Shown here in pieces: positions 1 to 10,454 of a stretch of 64,000 bases of DNA; within the stretch, counting starts at the first letter, position 1, and each line of letters starts with the position of its first letter. The notes beneath the pieces were generated by a model. That model made no database searches. It saw nothing but the letters and a program-made list of their open reading frames with translations, and was not told where the DNA came from. The position numbers and the translations under genes are program-made. Origin of the DNA: Flavobacteriales bacterium (GTDB lineage: Bacteria; Bacteroidota; Bacteroidia; Flavobacteriales_D; Crocinitomicaceae); assembly GCA_947449575.1 (NCBI GenBank), contig CANFRV010000001.1, positions 89,121-153,120 on the forward strand. The letters are read 5' to 3'.

Positions 1-1
1 T

Positions 2-361
2 GAGTTAATTGGAGGATATCATACGGAATACAGTTCTATGAAATTGGGTTTTTTCTTGTTTGCTGAGTATACGAACATGTTTATTTCCTCAGCCGTAATC
101 GCTGTATTATTCTTCGGAGGATATAATTTTCCGGGAATGGATGCGTTTTCAGGAAACTGGTTAGCTCTTATGTGTGTAGCTGCTTTCTTTATTAAAATTC
201 TGTTTTTCATATTTGTATTTATGTGGGTGAGATGGACCATCCCTAGATTTAGATATGATCAATTAATGCACTTAGGATGGAAAAAAATGATTCCTATAGC
301 TTTGATTAATTTATTGATAACAGCTGTTGTAATCGCCCTTTGGGAAGGTTGGTTTAATTAA
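2..361 (+). CDS. nuoH: NADH-quinone oxidoreductase subunit H, C-terminal part (5' end lies outside the window)
   Basis: The frame is open from the window edge (ELIGGYHTEYSSMKLGFFLFAEY...). The sequence is polytopic membrane protein and immediately precedes nuoI-N. Confidence 0.85.
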   Translation, partial: ELIGGYHTEYSSMKLGFFLFAEYTNMFISSAVIAVLFFGGYNFPGMDAFSGNWLALMCVAAFFIKILFFIFVFMWVRWTIPRFRYDQLMHLGWKKMIPIALINLLITAVVIALWEGWFN

Positions 362-382
362 TTTATCTCAAGATACTGAACT

Positions 383-925
383 ATGCAAAGTTTAACAAAT
401 AGAAGTAAAATGGTTTCTAACAAGAAAATGAGTTTTCTTGAGAAATTGTATTTACCAGCCATTTTTGGAGGGATGGTTATCACTTTTAAGCACCTTTTTA
501 AAAAGAATAATACGCTAAAATATCCTGAGGAGAGAAAAGTTTTTGCTCCTGTTTATAGAGGTCAACATGTTTTAAAACGTGATGAGCATGGTAGAGAGAA
601 TTGCACGGCATGTGGATTATGTGCAGTAGCTTGTCCAGCTGAAGCAATTACGATGATTGCTGGTGAGAGAAAAAAAGGGGAAGAGTCACTCTACCGCGAA
701 GAAAAATATGCTGAAACGTATGAAATTAATATGCTTCGTTGTATTTTCTGTGGATTATGCGAAGAGGCTTGTCCGAAAGAAGCTATTTTTCTTACAGATA
801 GACTTGTTGAACCACAATTTGAAAGAGAAGAATTTATAATGGGAAAAGATCGTTTGGTTGAAGATGTGAATAATAGAATTGATATTTCATTGCGTCAATT
901 GACTGGTAAAAGAAAAGAAATATGA
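383..925 (+). CDS. nuoI: NADH-quinone oxidoreductase subunit I (2x[4Fe-4S] ferredoxin-type)
   Basis: Two CxxCxxCxxxCP motifs (CTACGLCAVACP, CIFCGLCEEACP). Position in the nuo operon. Confidence 0.9.
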   Translation: MQSLTNRSKMVSNKKMSFLEKLYLPAIFGGMVITFKHLFKKNNTLKYPEERKVFAPVYRGQHVLKRDEHGRENCTACGLCAVACPAEAITMIAGERKKGEESLYREEKYAETYEINMLRCIFCGLCEEACPKEAIFLTDRLVEPQFEREEFIMGKDRLVEDVNNRIDISLRQLTGKRKEI

Positions 926-1434
926 ATATAGAAACAATTGCATATATTTTAGGAGGTTTGACGATTGGTTCGGCCTTGATGGTTATTTTAAGTAACCACC
1001 CTATGAGAAGTATTCTTTATCTCGTGGTAACATTCTTCATGATTTCAGCTAATTACGTGTTAATGAACGCACAATTTTTGGCGATTGTAAATATCATTGT
1101 GTATGCTGGAGCAATTATGGTTTTATTCCTTTTTGTTTTGATGATGTTAAATTTGAGTAAAGACACAGAACCTAAAACTTCTATACCTATGAAAGCAGCA
1201 GCAGTTATAGCTGGCGGCTCGTTATTAGTTGTGTTTGTTGCCGCTTTAAGTAAAGGAGCTCACACAGCGCCTGGAGTATCGGCAGATTCTGCTAATAACG
1301 TAGGATTAGTGAAAGTACTTGGTCATGAATTGTTTACAACGTATATTCTTCCTTTTGAAATTTCTTCGGTTTTATTTATATCTGCCATTGTTGGGGCGGT
1401 ACTTTTAGCAAAACGAGAGAAACAAGTCCTATAG
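922..1434 (+). CDS. nuoJ: NADH-quinone oxidoreductase subunit J
   Basis: 170 aa hydrophobic protein. 4-nt overlap with nuoI. Operon position. Confidence 0.85.
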   Translation: MNIETIAYILGGLTIGSALMVILSNHPMRSILYLVVTFFMISANYVLMNAQFLAIVNIIVYAGAIMVLFLFVLMMLNLSKDTEPKTSIPMKAAAVIAGGSLLVVFVAALSKGAHTAPGVSADSANNVGLVKVLGHELFTTYILPFEISSVLFISAIVGAVLLAKREKQVL

Positions 1435-1484
1435 CAGTAATGAGAAGAACGAAAAATAACAAACTCATAATTAATTAGAGTAAC

Positions 1485-1811
1485 ATGGTATTAGCAACTA
1501 TTTTTGAATCTGTATCTATTCAGTACTATCTGGTACTTTCATCCATTCTCTTTGTGATCGGGGTGGTGGGTGTTTTGATACGTAAAAATGCAATCATCGT
1601 TTTGATGTGCGTGGAGTTAATGTTAAATGCGGTTAACTTATTATTGGTAGCATTTTCAACCTTTTTTGGTCAATCAGATGGACAATTATTTGTTTTTTTC
1701 ATAATGGTTGTTGCAGCTGCGGAAGCTACAGTAGGTTTATCGATTTTAGTTTTGATATACCGTAATACTAGATCGGTCGATATTGGGTTATTTAATAAAC
1801 TTAAAGATTAA
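1485..1811 (+). CDS. nuoK: NADH-quinone oxidoreductase subunit K
   Basis: 108 aa three-helix membrane protein with the conserved membrane Glu residues (CVELMLNAVNL, AAAEATVGL). Operon position. Confidence 0.85.
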   Translation: MVLATIFESVSIQYYLVLSSILFVIGVVGVLIRKNAIIVLMCVELMLNAVNLLLVAFSTFFGQSDGQLFVFFIMVVAAAEATVGLSILVLIYRNTRSVDIGLFNKLKD

Positions 1812-1817
1812 TTAAAG

Positions 1818-3734
1818 ATGTCAGTAGAACAACTTATACCCATCATTATTGCAATTCCATTAGTTGTTGGAATAATTAATGGAATTTACGGAAGAAATTT
1901 GTCTAAAAAAATTGCGGGATCGATAGCGACCATCGCTGTATTTACTTCATTTTTCTTAGCCTTGACAGTTTTCTTTCAATTAGATCAATCTGTTCGGATT
2001 AATTTATTTACAATCATGAAATTAGAGAATTTTTCTCTAAATGCTGGACTCTTAGTCGATAACCTTTCTATTTGGATGGTATTAATCATCACTGGTGTCG
2101 GAGCACTCATACATTTATTCTCAATGGGATATATGAGTCATGATGAAGGGTATTACAAATTCTTTACGTATTTAAATTTATTCATCTTTGCGATGTTAAT
2201 CTTGGTTTTAGGATCAAACTACTTCATGCTTTTCTTTGGATGGGAAGGGGTAGGAATTTGTTCCTACTTGTTAATTGGTTTCCATTACAGCGATGCTCAA
2301 AAAGGAATGTTGAATGGTTTGGCAGCTAGAAAAGCATTCATTATGAATCGAGTAGGGGATTTGGGTTTATTGATAGGCCTATTTCTAATATTAGCTCATT
2401 TTGGTACCCTTGAATATACAGAACTTTATAAAAAGGTTATCGCTGATTCTATTCCTTTGAATGCCCCATTTATAGTTGGGATCACCATTTGTCTGTTTAT
2501 TGGAGCGACTGGTAAAAGTGCACAAATACCTCTATTTACTTGGCTTCCAGATGCAATGGCGGGACCAACTCCTGTTTCAGCATTGATACATGCAGCAACG
2601 ATGGTAACTGCGGGTATCTTTTTAGTTGTTCGATCCAATTTTATGTTTGATTATGCGCCGATCACGCAAGATATTATGTTGTACATTGGATTAGCAACTT
2701 CTATCGTGGCAGCTTTTATAGCGATGCGTCAGAATGATATTAAGAAGGTATTAGCCTACTCCACAGTTTCTCAATTAGGGTTGCTTTTTGTAGCTTTAGG
2801 AATGGGTGCATACACTGCGGCAATGTTTCACGTTACAACGCATGCGTTCTTTAAAGCGCTGTTATTCTTAGGTTCGGGTAGCGTTATTCATGCTATGTCT
2901 GACGAACAGGATATTCGTAAGATGGGGGGACTGAAAAAATACATTCCCACAACTCATCTTACCTTCTTAATTGGAACTCTTGCTATTTCAGGTTTCCCAT
3001 TATTGTCTGGTTTCTATTCGAAAGATGAAATTTTAGGTCACGCCTTTGAGCACAGTCCAATGATATATTTTATTTTAATGTTGAGTGTCACAATGACGGC
3101 TCTTTATATGTTTAGAATGTACTTTATCGTATTTCATGGTAAATTTAGAGGAACACATGATCAGGAACATCATTTACATGAAAGTCCAAAAAACATGACA
3201 ATTCCGTTAGTTATCCTAGCTGTTCTTTCTGTTTTTGGAGGTATCCTTAACTTACCAGGGATTTTTCTGAAAAAGGGAACACATTGGATGTCAAATTTCT
3301 TCGCACATAATACAAATGGGATAAAAGTAGTGCACGAACATATGGAAAGTGGAACAACACTTGCTTTGATGGTGATTGCTGTTTTGGTTTGTTTGGGAGC
3401 TCTAGCTGTATCTTACTTCGTTTATGTTAAGAAATCTAACCTTCCGGTGGAAGATAAAGACTTGAAAGGATGGGAAAAGGTTTCTGCAAACAAATTATAT
3501 TTTGACGAAATCTATAATTTTCTTTTTGTTCGTCCAATTGAATGGCTATCGATAAAAGGGCATCAATTTATTGAACTATTTATTCTAAATGGAATTGTAA
3601 ATGTTTCAACCAAATCGATTGAATTGACAGGGAATTTGGTTAAAAAAATGCAAACAGGTAAAACTGATTGGTATATTTTATGGATGGTTTTCGGGATTGT
3701 CGGATTTGTTATTTATTATCTTCTAAAATTTTAA
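1818..3734 (+). CDS. nuoL: NADH-quinone oxidoreductase subunit L (antiporter-like)
   Basis: 638 aa Mrp/ND5-like sequence (WEGVGICSYLLIGF, GKSAQIPLFTWLPDAMAGPTPVSALIHAATMVTAG). Confidence 0.9.
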   Translation: MSVEQLIPIIIAIPLVVGIINGIYGRNLSKKIAGSIATIAVFTSFFLALTVFFQLDQSVRINLFTIMKLENFSLNAGLLVDNLSIWMVLIITGVGALIHLFSMGYMSHDEGYYKFFTYLNLFIFAMLILVLGSNYFMLFFGWEGVGICSYLLIGFHYSDAQKGMLNGLAARKAFIMNRVGDLGLLIGLFLILAHFGTLEYTELYKKVIADSIPLNAPFIVGITICLFIGATGKSAQIPLFTWLPDAMAGPTPVSALIHAATMVTAGIFLVVRSNFMFDYAPITQDIMLYIGLATSIVAAFIAMRQNDIKKVLAYSTVSQLGLLFVALGMGAYTAAMFHVTTHAFFKALLFLGSGSVIHAMSDEQDIRKMGGLKKYIPTTHLTFLIGTLAISGFPLLSGFYSKDEILGHAFEHSPMIYFILMLSVTMTALYMFRMYFIVFHGKFRGTHDQEHHLHESPKNMTIPLVILAVLSVFGGILNLPGIFLKKGTHWMSNFFAHNTNGIKVVHEHMESGTTLALMVIAVLVCLGALAVSYFVYVKKSNLPVEDKDLKGWEKVSANKLYFDEIYNFLFVRPIEWLSIKGHQFIELFILNGIVNVSTKSIELTGNLVKKMQTGKTDWYILWMVFGIVGFVIYYLLKF

Positions 3735-3737
3735 GCT

Positions 3738-5168
3738 TTGGAAATCTTATTAATACCTTGTTTATTTGCATTAATTGCGTTGGTTGTACCAAGTAATTTT
3801 ATGCGCCAATTTTCACTTGTTGGTAGTCTTGTATCGCTTGCAGCTGCGTGTATTCGAGTATCTTCATTTAATAGTACTAAGTTTGAAGCAATAACCTCTG
3901 AGCATGTAACCAATTTTGGATTAACTTTTAAAATGGGCTATGATGGAATGAGTTTGTTTATGATTATTCTAACAAACGTTATTACATTCTTAATTCTTCT
4001 TAGTAATTATAACCGCGAATTATCTTCTAATCGTACATTCACTTCTTTGGTGTTTTTCATGCAAGCAGCCCTATTAGGTGTATTTGCATCATTTGATGGA
4101 CTGTTATTCTATATTTTTTGGGAATTAACCTTAATACCAGTTTTTTTAATTGCTCTTTGGTTTGGAGCTCCTGGAAATAAAGCAGCATTAATGAAATTCT
4201 TCATTTACACATTTGTTGGATCATTGGCTATGTTGTTATCTTTATTTGCAATTAAATCAAGTGCAGCTAGTTTTTCGCATGCTGACTTAATGGCGGTTGA
4301 ATTGACAGCTAAATCGGCTTACTGGATTTTTGGAGGTTTTTTCATTGCTTTTGCTATTAAAATTCCATTGTTTCCATTTCATATGTGGCAACCAGATACG
4401 TATACAACTTCTCCAATGGCTGGAACGATGTTACTTTCAGCATTAATGTTGAAAATGGCTTTGTATGGAATGATACGTTGGATGATTCCACTAGCTCCTG
4501 AAGCGTTAGCTGAGATGACCTATCCAGTAGTTCTCTTAGGAATTATTGGGGTAGTTTATGCTGGAGTTTTGGCCATCAAACAAAATGATATTAAACGATT
4601 ATTCGCCTTTGCATCTATCAGTCACGTTGGTTTAATAGCTGCTGGAGCTGTATTAATCAATCATGATAATTGGACTGCTGTATTTATTCAAATGGGAAAC
4701 CATAGTTTGGTGGCTGTTGGTTTGTTTTTGGCAGCTGATATTATCGAGCAGCGTTCAGGTAAAAGAACATTGAGCGATTTAGGAGGAATTGCTAAAGTAG
4801 CGCCTCGATTTGCATTTATGTTTGGTGCATTGGTTTTAGCCTCGATATCAGTTCCTTTATCAAGTGGTTTTATTGGTGAATTCTTATTGTTAAAAGGTGT
4901 TTTTTCATATAATTGGATGATTGGAGTGATAGCTGGAACAACTTTAATCGTTGGAGCAGTTTATACCTTGCGTGCTTATCAATTGAGTATGTATGGCGCA
5001 CCAAAACCAGCACCATTTGCTGATTTGAGACCGAATGAATGGTTGGCATTTTTAATTATTATGCTTCTAATTGTTTCATTTGGGGTTTTCCCACAGTCAA
5101 TAATTAATTTTGTGGGACCTAGTGTAAACAATCTTATCGAATCAATTAATAATACTTTAGTTAAATAA
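3738..5168 (+). CDS. nuoM: NADH-quinone oxidoreductase subunit M (antiporter-like), TTG start
   Basis: ND4-like sequence (FIAFAIKIPLFPFHMWQPDTYTTSPMAGTMLLSALMLK). Starts 3 nt after the nuoL stop. Confidence 0.88.
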   Translation: MEILLIPCLFALIALVVPSNFMRQFSLVGSLVSLAAACIRVSSFNSTKFEAITSEHVTNFGLTFKMGYDGMSLFMIILTNVITFLILLSNYNRELSSNRTFTSLVFFMQAALLGVFASFDGLLFYIFWELTLIPVFLIALWFGAPGNKAALMKFFIYTFVGSLAMLLSLFAIKSSAASFSHADLMAVELTAKSAYWIFGGFFIAFAIKIPLFPFHMWQPDTYTTSPMAGTMLLSALMLKMALYGMIRWMIPLAPEALAEMTYPVVLLGIIGVVYAGVLAIKQNDIKRLFAFASISHVGLIAAGAVLINHDNWTAVFIQMGNHSLVAVGLFLAADIIEQRSGKRTLSDLGGIAKVAPRFAFMFGALVLASISVPLSSGFIGEFLLLKGVFSYNWMIGVIAGTTLIVGAVYTLRAYQLSMYGAPKPAPFADLRPNEWLAFLIIMLLIVSFGVFPQSIINFVGPSVNNLIESINNTLVK

Positions 5169-5170
5169 TT

Positions 5171-6541
5171 ATGGACGCTCTAATTGTCATTTTTTTAAGT
5201 GGTTTAATTTCACTTTTTGTCGCTTTTGCAAAGAAACCTGTATATGTGCTTGCGACGGCTTCAGTAGGGTTGGTGACGGCTGCAGTTTTATTAATGAATC
5301 AGTGGAATACTCCTTGCACCTTATTTTCTAGCTATAGAGGTCTAGATTTTAATCATAGTGCCATTGCTTATTCGTTGGTTGCGATTTTATTTACTTTTCT
5401 TTCTGTTTTGGCAGGTTATAAGTCTTTTAAAGAAGAATTAGAGCATACGGGTGATTATGTAGCTCTTTATCTTTTTTCGTTAACAGGAGCGATGATTATG
5501 CTCTCTTTTACAGATATGTTTATGTTTTTCTTAGGTTTAGAAATTTTATCAATTCCAATCTATATTTTAGCAGGTACGAAAAGAAAAGATATCAAATCAA
5601 GTGAAGCTTCATTAAAATACTTTCTAATGGGTGCTTTTGCAACGGGGATCTTGTTATTCGGAATCGCTTGGATCTATGGTGCTACCAAATCTTTTAATTT
5701 GAATGAAATTGCAATGGTGATTAATGGAGAGCAAAATCATTCTTCCTTATTATTTATTGGAATATTACTAATGATGAGTGCATTTTTATTCAAAGTGGGA
5801 GCAGCGCCTTTCCATTTTTGGAGTCCAGATGTGTATGAAGGTAGCCCGAATATTGTCACTGGTTTTATGGCTTCAGTGGTGAAATTAGCAGCTTTCGGTG
5901 CTTTCATGAAATTATTTGGAATGTATTTTACAGGTTTGTACGACTTCTGGGCACCCGCTTTAATGTGCATGGCAATTGTGACCATGTTTGTTGGTAATTT
6001 ATCAGCACTTACTCAAGTTAAATTTAAACGATTGCTAGCTTATTCCAGTATTACACATGTTGGATATGCTTTGTTGACGATCTTGTCAAAAGACCTAATG
6101 AATGAAATGAATTTACTATTTTACTTATTCTCGTATGGGTTCTCAGTAATCGCATTGATTGTCATTTCTATGATTTTAAATGACGAAGAAGATCGATTAG
6201 AATCTTTTAAAGGTTTAGCAAAACGTAATCCAATTTTAGGATTTATAGCTGTTTTATCGTTATTATCCTTAGCCGGTGTACCTCCTTTAGTGGGATTCTT
6301 TGGTAAATATTTAGTTTTCTCAAGTGTATTCGCTCAATATCCTACGTTGGTGATCATTGCGATTATTAATTCTGGTATTGGTATTTACTATTACTTAAAA
6401 ACAGTGATGACGGTTGTTTCTAAAGATCAACTAGCAGAACCAACTGTCACATTATCCGTTTCTCTATTGCAATGGGTTGTTTTGTTGCTTTGTGCAGTAG
6501 GATTGTTGTTTGGAGGATGTTTTATTCAATACTTAGGGTAA
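5171..6541 (+). CDS. nuoN: NADH-quinone oxidoreductase subunit N (antiporter-like)
   Basis: ND2-like sequence (FKVGAAPFHFWSPDVYEGSPNIVTGFMA). Last gene of the operon. Confidence 0.88.
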   Translation: MDALIVIFLSGLISLFVAFAKKPVYVLATASVGLVTAAVLLMNQWNTPCTLFSSYRGLDFNHSAIAYSLVAILFTFLSVLAGYKSFKEELEHTGDYVALYLFSLTGAMIMLSFTDMFMFFLGLEILSIPIYILAGTKRKDIKSSEASLKYFLMGAFATGILLFGIAWIYGATKSFNLNEIAMVINGEQNHSSLLFIGILLMMSAFLFKVGAAPFHFWSPDVYEGSPNIVTGFMASVVKLAAFGAFMKLFGMYFTGLYDFWAPALMCMAIVTMFVGNLSALTQVKFKRLLAYSSITHVGYALLTILSKDLMNEMNLLFYLFSYGFSVIALIVISMILNDEEDRLESFKGLAKRNPILGFIAVLSLLSLAGVPPLVGFFGKYLVFSSVFAQYPTLVIIAIINSGIGIYYYLKTVMTVVSKDQLAEPTVTLSVSLLQWVVLLLCAVGLLFGGCFIQYLG

Positions 6542-6647
6542 AGGTTGTAGGGTCGAAAATTTTGCAATGCTACTTCTTTTTAAACCTTTTTAGTTTTTTT
6601 GTACTAGATATTTAAAACGGCTGAGATCAGGATAATTTTGATAAAAG

Positions 6648-7232
6648 TTATTTATTTTCTTTTTCTTTCAATTCGATATCATCACAAAGGCGAATAAAAT
6701 TATCGAATAGAACTCTACCATGATTCCCAGAAATTTCTGGATGGAATTGTACACCAAAAAGAGGGAGTGAAGTATGTTGCATTGATTCATTGATACAGGC
6801 ATCCGACGAAGCTATTAACTTAAAGTTTGCGGGGATAGAGATAGATTCACAATGATCTTCAATCATTTCAATTTCAGTGGGTAACTTATCAAATAAGGGG
6901 GATTCTTCGAAAATTTCAATTAATTGAGTCCCTCGATCATCTTTCATTTTAGATCCAAAAGCACCAAATGATAGTCCAATTAATTGATGACCAAAACATA
7001 TGCCCAGCACAGGTATGGTCGTTTGTTTAATGAAGGAGATTTTATCGAGGTAAATTTCCATATCCATTTCTGTAATGAGCAAAGGAGCACCAGAAATAAT
7101 TATTCCTTTTTTCTTTTTAAGATCTTTATCCGAAAGAGCATGGATTTGAATCGTTTCAAAATCCATAAATTGATCTACACATTCTTCAATATAGATGGTA
7201 TTCTTACTCCCACAATCGATTATTAGAATCAT
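6648..7232 (-). CDS. Class I glutamine amidotransferase (GuaA N-terminal-like, stand-alone)
   Basis: Cys nucleophile elbow GICFGHQLIG and the His/Glu pair in VQFHPE. The N-terminus ILIIDCGSKNT resembles the GMP synthase GATase domain. Confidence 0.75.
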   Translation of the reverse strand: MILIIDCGSKNTIYIEECVDQFMDFETIQIHALSDKDLKKKKGIIISGAPLLITEMDMEIYLDKISFIKQTTIPVLGICFGHQLIGLSFGAFGSKMKDDRGTQLIEIFEESPLFDKLPTEIEMIEDHCESISIPANFKLIASSDACINESMQHTSLPLFGVQFHPEISGNHGRVLFDNFIRLCDDIELKEKENK

Positions 7233-7846
7233 AACTCAATTTGTCCAATTCCTTGCCGGATAATTTTTGCTACATCTCCCGTGCAATCAATTACAGTTGA
7301 TGCTTCCAAATTACCATAACCACCATCTATAATCATATCTACAGTATCTTCGTATTTTTCAAAAATTGCATTTGGATCAGCAAAATAATCTAAAAATGTA
7401 TCTTCATCATTGTGCAAAGAAGTTGTGGCGATGGGATTTCCTAAACTAGCGACAATTTCCAATATTATTTTATTGTTTGGAATTCGAATACCAATTTCTT
7501 TTTTATTCGTGTCGAATATTTTTGTAACTTCATTCGTAGCATTTAAAATAAATGTAAATGGTCCTGGAAAGCTATGTTTTAATAACTTAAATAGTGGTCG
7601 GTCGATGTGTTTTACGTATTCTGACAGATTACTTAAATCATTGCAAATAATTGAAAAATTAGCTTTACTTAGTTTTATACCTTTTAATTTAGCTAAATTG
7701 TTTAAGGCCTTTTTATTTCTTAAATCACACCCCATACTGTAAACTGTATCTGTTGGAAATATAATGATTCCACCATTTTTCAGTATTTTAATTGTTTGAT
7801 CTATTGAACGTTGATCGATATTGTTAGGGTTGATTTGTATAAACAT
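7229..7846 (-). CDS. tsaC: L-threonylcarbamoyladenylate synthase (YrdC/Sua5 domain)
   Basis: YrdC-type motifs (IIIFPTDTVYSMGCD, GPFTFIL, SLH). 205 aa. 4-nt overlap with the downstream GATase gene. Confidence 0.8.
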   Translation of the reverse strand: MFIQINPNNIDQRSIDQTIKILKNGGIIIFPTDTVYSMGCDLRNKKALNNLAKLKGIKLSKANFSIICNDLSNLSEYVKHIDRPLFKLLKHSFPGPFTFILNATNEVTKIFDTNKKEIGIRIPNNKIILEIVASLGNPIATTSLHNDEDTFLDYFADPNAIFEKYEDTVDMIIDGGYGNLEASTVIDCTGDVAKIIRQGIGQIEL

Positions 7847-7853
7847 TTTAAAT

Positions 7854-8294
7854 TTATTGGGCAGTATATTTGTGTACTTTACTATTTGATCCTTCCGTAA
7901 TTAATTTTGTAGAACTTAATTCCTTCACTTTAAACACTTCGGGATTATTAGATTCTGGAAGAAGATGCATTAATCTGAGCTCATTATTCTCATATCTCCA
8001 TTGCCCTTTTGAAATAGGTTGAATTTTAGTAATACCTGCTTCTGCAAATTTAGGGTCAATTATAGTGTCATAAATAATAAAATATCCATTTTTTTCAAGT
8101 GACATGATAATCATTGTTGGTGTATCCTCAGATATTCCATCTGTTAATACCCATTTTTTAGTAAGTATTTTTAGGGTATTATCATACTCTGTAATTGATT
8201 TACCTCCCTTTTGAATAGTAGTATCTGAATTACATGAGCTAAAGGCAAATACAAGTACCAAAAAGGAAATTTCAAAAAAAAGTTTATTTTTCAT
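7854..8294 (-). CDS. Hypothetical lipoprotein
   Basis: Signal peptide plus lipobox (VFAFSSC|NS). No recognisable motif. Confidence 0.6.
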   Translation of the reverse strand: MKNKLFFEISFLVLVFAFSSCNSDTTIQKGGKSITEYDNTLKILTKKWVLTDGISEDTPTMIIMSLEKNGYFIIYDTIIDPKFAEAGITKIQPISKGQWRYENNELRLMHLLPESNNPEVFKVKELSSTKLITEGSNSKVHKYTAQ

Positions 8295-8392
8295 TGAATG
8301 TAAAAATAGGATATATTTATGAAAATTCCAAGTGTAATTTTTTGAGAAATAAAATTCAAAAGAGGGAAAGTAATAAACATATATAGCTCTTG

Positions 8393-9523
8393 CTAAGGTT
8401 TATATATTCTGCAAGAGATTGCGCGGTGATCACTGTGTATTTCTTCTTGAATTTTAAATTGTGCGGATTGCAGGTTCTGTGAATGGAAAATGTAATCGAT
8501 TCTTCCAGCTGGAACTCTTCCAGAATATGTGGCACCAATCCCTGAAGCACAATTTCTAAATGCATCAATCATTTTTTGATTGAATTGATTATAGGTATAG
8601 GATAAAGGTGTATCATTAAAATCTCCGCAAATAATCACTGGATAGGGGGATGTTTTAATATGCTCCACTATTGTCAGGGCTTGTTCAGCTCTTTTAGGAA
8701 AAGCAATTCTTAGTTTATCTAACATCAATCTAACGTTTGATTTTTTAAATTCAGCATGCTCGCGCACTTCCCCAAAGACGGCATAATCATCTTTTTTAAA
8801 TTTTATCGATTGAAGATGTACATTATAGATTCTAAATGTATCTTTATTCTTTACGATATCAGCGTAAATACAATAGTTATCATCATTGTGGTTTTCGTCT
8901 TTAAAGACAACATCTCCTTTTGCAATCATAGGGTATTTTGATAACATTGCCACTCCAAAATTTTGTCTACCTTTTAGTTTGTGGCTATACCTTTCATGAT
9001 AATCTTTTATTTTTAATAACTTTCTAAGTTCATCTCGAGTTGAAAAATTCGTAGGTTTATCTTGGTGATAAAATTCTTGAAAGCATATTACATCTGGATT
9101 TTCGGTTTGAATATATTTAAAAATAGCATCTCTATTTTCATATTTTTCAGACATGGTCCATTGGTATAAATCAAATAAACGAACATTGTAACTCATCACA
9201 TGTAAAGAAAGTTCGTTTGAGGGCAATATTTCTGGGTCTGAACCAAAGGAAACCATTCTAAAATGTAGTTTACCTCCTACAAGGATAACGAATAATACGA
9301 CCAAAGCCCACTTTGATTTAGCAATTGTCCAAATAATCAAAAATAGGAGGGCGAAAAGAAATATAATCGGATATGCTAAGCCAAAAAAGGGTAGAGGCCA
9401 AAATGTCTTCGGGTGAATAAATGGGCATAAATAAGCCAACACTAAGCTGCTTAAACAGATAATTGTTGCAATCTTAATCCATGAAGAGAATCGCATTATA
9501 CTTCGGATTAACTTACTTCCCAT
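8393..9523 (-). CDS. Membrane-anchored endonuclease/exonuclease/phosphatase (EEP) family protein
   Basis: N-terminal TM helices followed by EEP-like motifs (MSYNVRLF, FQEF, GDFNDTP, SDHRA). The start is uncertain: Met codons at 9523 or 9496 are more plausible than the ORF-track start at 9589, which lies deep in the upstream gene. Confidence 0.75.
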   Translation of the reverse strand: MGSKLIRSIMRFSSWIKIATIICLSSLVLAYLCPFIHPKTFWPLPFFGLAYPIIFLFALLFLIIWTIAKSKWALVVLFVILVGGKLHFRMVSFGSDPEILPSNELSLHVMSYNVRLFDLYQWTMSEKYENRDAIFKYIQTENPDVICFQEFYHQDKPTNFSTRDELRKLLKIKDYHERYSHKLKGRQNFGVAMLSKYPMIAKGDVVFKDENHNDDNYCIYADIVKNKDTFRIYNVHLQSIKFKKDDYAVFGEVREHAEFKKSNVRLMLDKLRIAFPKRAEQALTIVEHIKTSPYPVIICGDFNDTPLSYTYNQFNQKMIDAFRNCASGIGATYSGRVPAGRIDYIFHSQNLQSAQFKIQEEIHSDHRAISCRIYKP

Positions 9524-10454
9524 CTTGACTTTGCTTAAATAAAAATTCTTTTTCTGATTTTGATAAGGATTCGTAACCTGATTTAGCAATTTTATCTAAA
9601 ATAACATCTACTTTTATTTGTCTTTGTTTTTTGTCGTAATTATATTCTTCATCCGTTTTTACTCCTCCTCGCGCACTTCCGCCTTGATGGATCGTAAATT
9701 TCGGTTGTTTCTTGCTTGTAATTCTAGAGAAAATATTTTTTATGGATTGTATTAATCTTTCAAATAATGAAATAATATTCTTTGAGCTATTTATATTTTG
9801 TATCGACACTATTCCAAGAACTGCGCCCCCGATATGGGCAAAATGAGCAGTGCCATCTGGTTTTGAAAGTGAAAATAAATTCATTACTAAGTAGATGCAT
9901 GCAAGATAGATTAATTTTATCGGAAAAATACCAAATAAACTTACTTCTGTGCTTGGTCGGTAAAAAGCAAGAGCCATAAAAATAGCCATTACAGAGCCAG
10001 AAGCACCCACTATCACTGTTTTTGTTTCATGTGCAAAAAGAGGGAAAAAAGTATGCGCTAAGATTTCAAAAATTCCGCCAAGAAGTCCGCCTAAAATGTA
10101 GGTATATAAGAGTCTTTTTTGACTAAATAATTGCTCAAAAGCTTTTCCAACAAAGTACAGCATCAGCATATTAAGAAGCAAATGCATAAAGCTAAAATGC
10201 GCAAAAATACTTGTAATTAAACCCCACGGTTGTACTATAGCTTCAGATATATTAGTGTCCAAAGCGAAGACAGTTGTGTTAAATTCCTCAATAAAAGATT
10301 TAAATTCTCCCTGCATTAGTCCACCAAGAACTGAGACTAAGCCGACAAATAAAAAAACTAGTAGATTGATAAAAATCAACTTGACAGTCATACCACCAAA
10401 ATAAAATTGGTGTTTTACTTCTTCTGTAAAAGTTCGTTGTGCGTTCATTACCAA
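9513..10454 (-). CDS. Rhomboid family intramembrane serine protease
   Basis: Polytopic protein with the catalytic GASGSVMAIF serine motif, HFSFMHLLLN and HIGGAVLG histidines, and a charged C-terminal tail. Confidence 0.8.
   Translation of the reverse strand: MVMNAQRTFTEEVKHQFYFGGMTVKLIFINLLVFLFVGLVSVLGGLMQGEFKSFIEEFNTTVFALDTNISEAIVQPWGLITSIFAHFSFMHLLLNMLMLYFVGKAFEQLFSQKRLLYTYILGGLLGGIFEILAHTFFPLFAHETKTVIVGASGSVMAIFMALAFYRPSTEVSLFGIFPIKLIYLACIYLVMNLFSLSKPDGTAHFAHIGGAVLGIVSIQNINSSKNIISLFERLIQSIKNIFSRITSKKQPKFTIHQGGSARGGVKTDEEYNYDKKQRQIKVDVILDKIAKSGYESLSKSEKEFLFKQSQDGK

Noticed and set aside
7410-7742. 110-aa ORF antisense to the TsaC-like gene (similar cases at 12280-12618, 33365-33697, 39131-39490 and 56573-56911)
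   Set aside because: All are nested inside longer ORFs that carry recognisable family motifs. None has a motif of its own.
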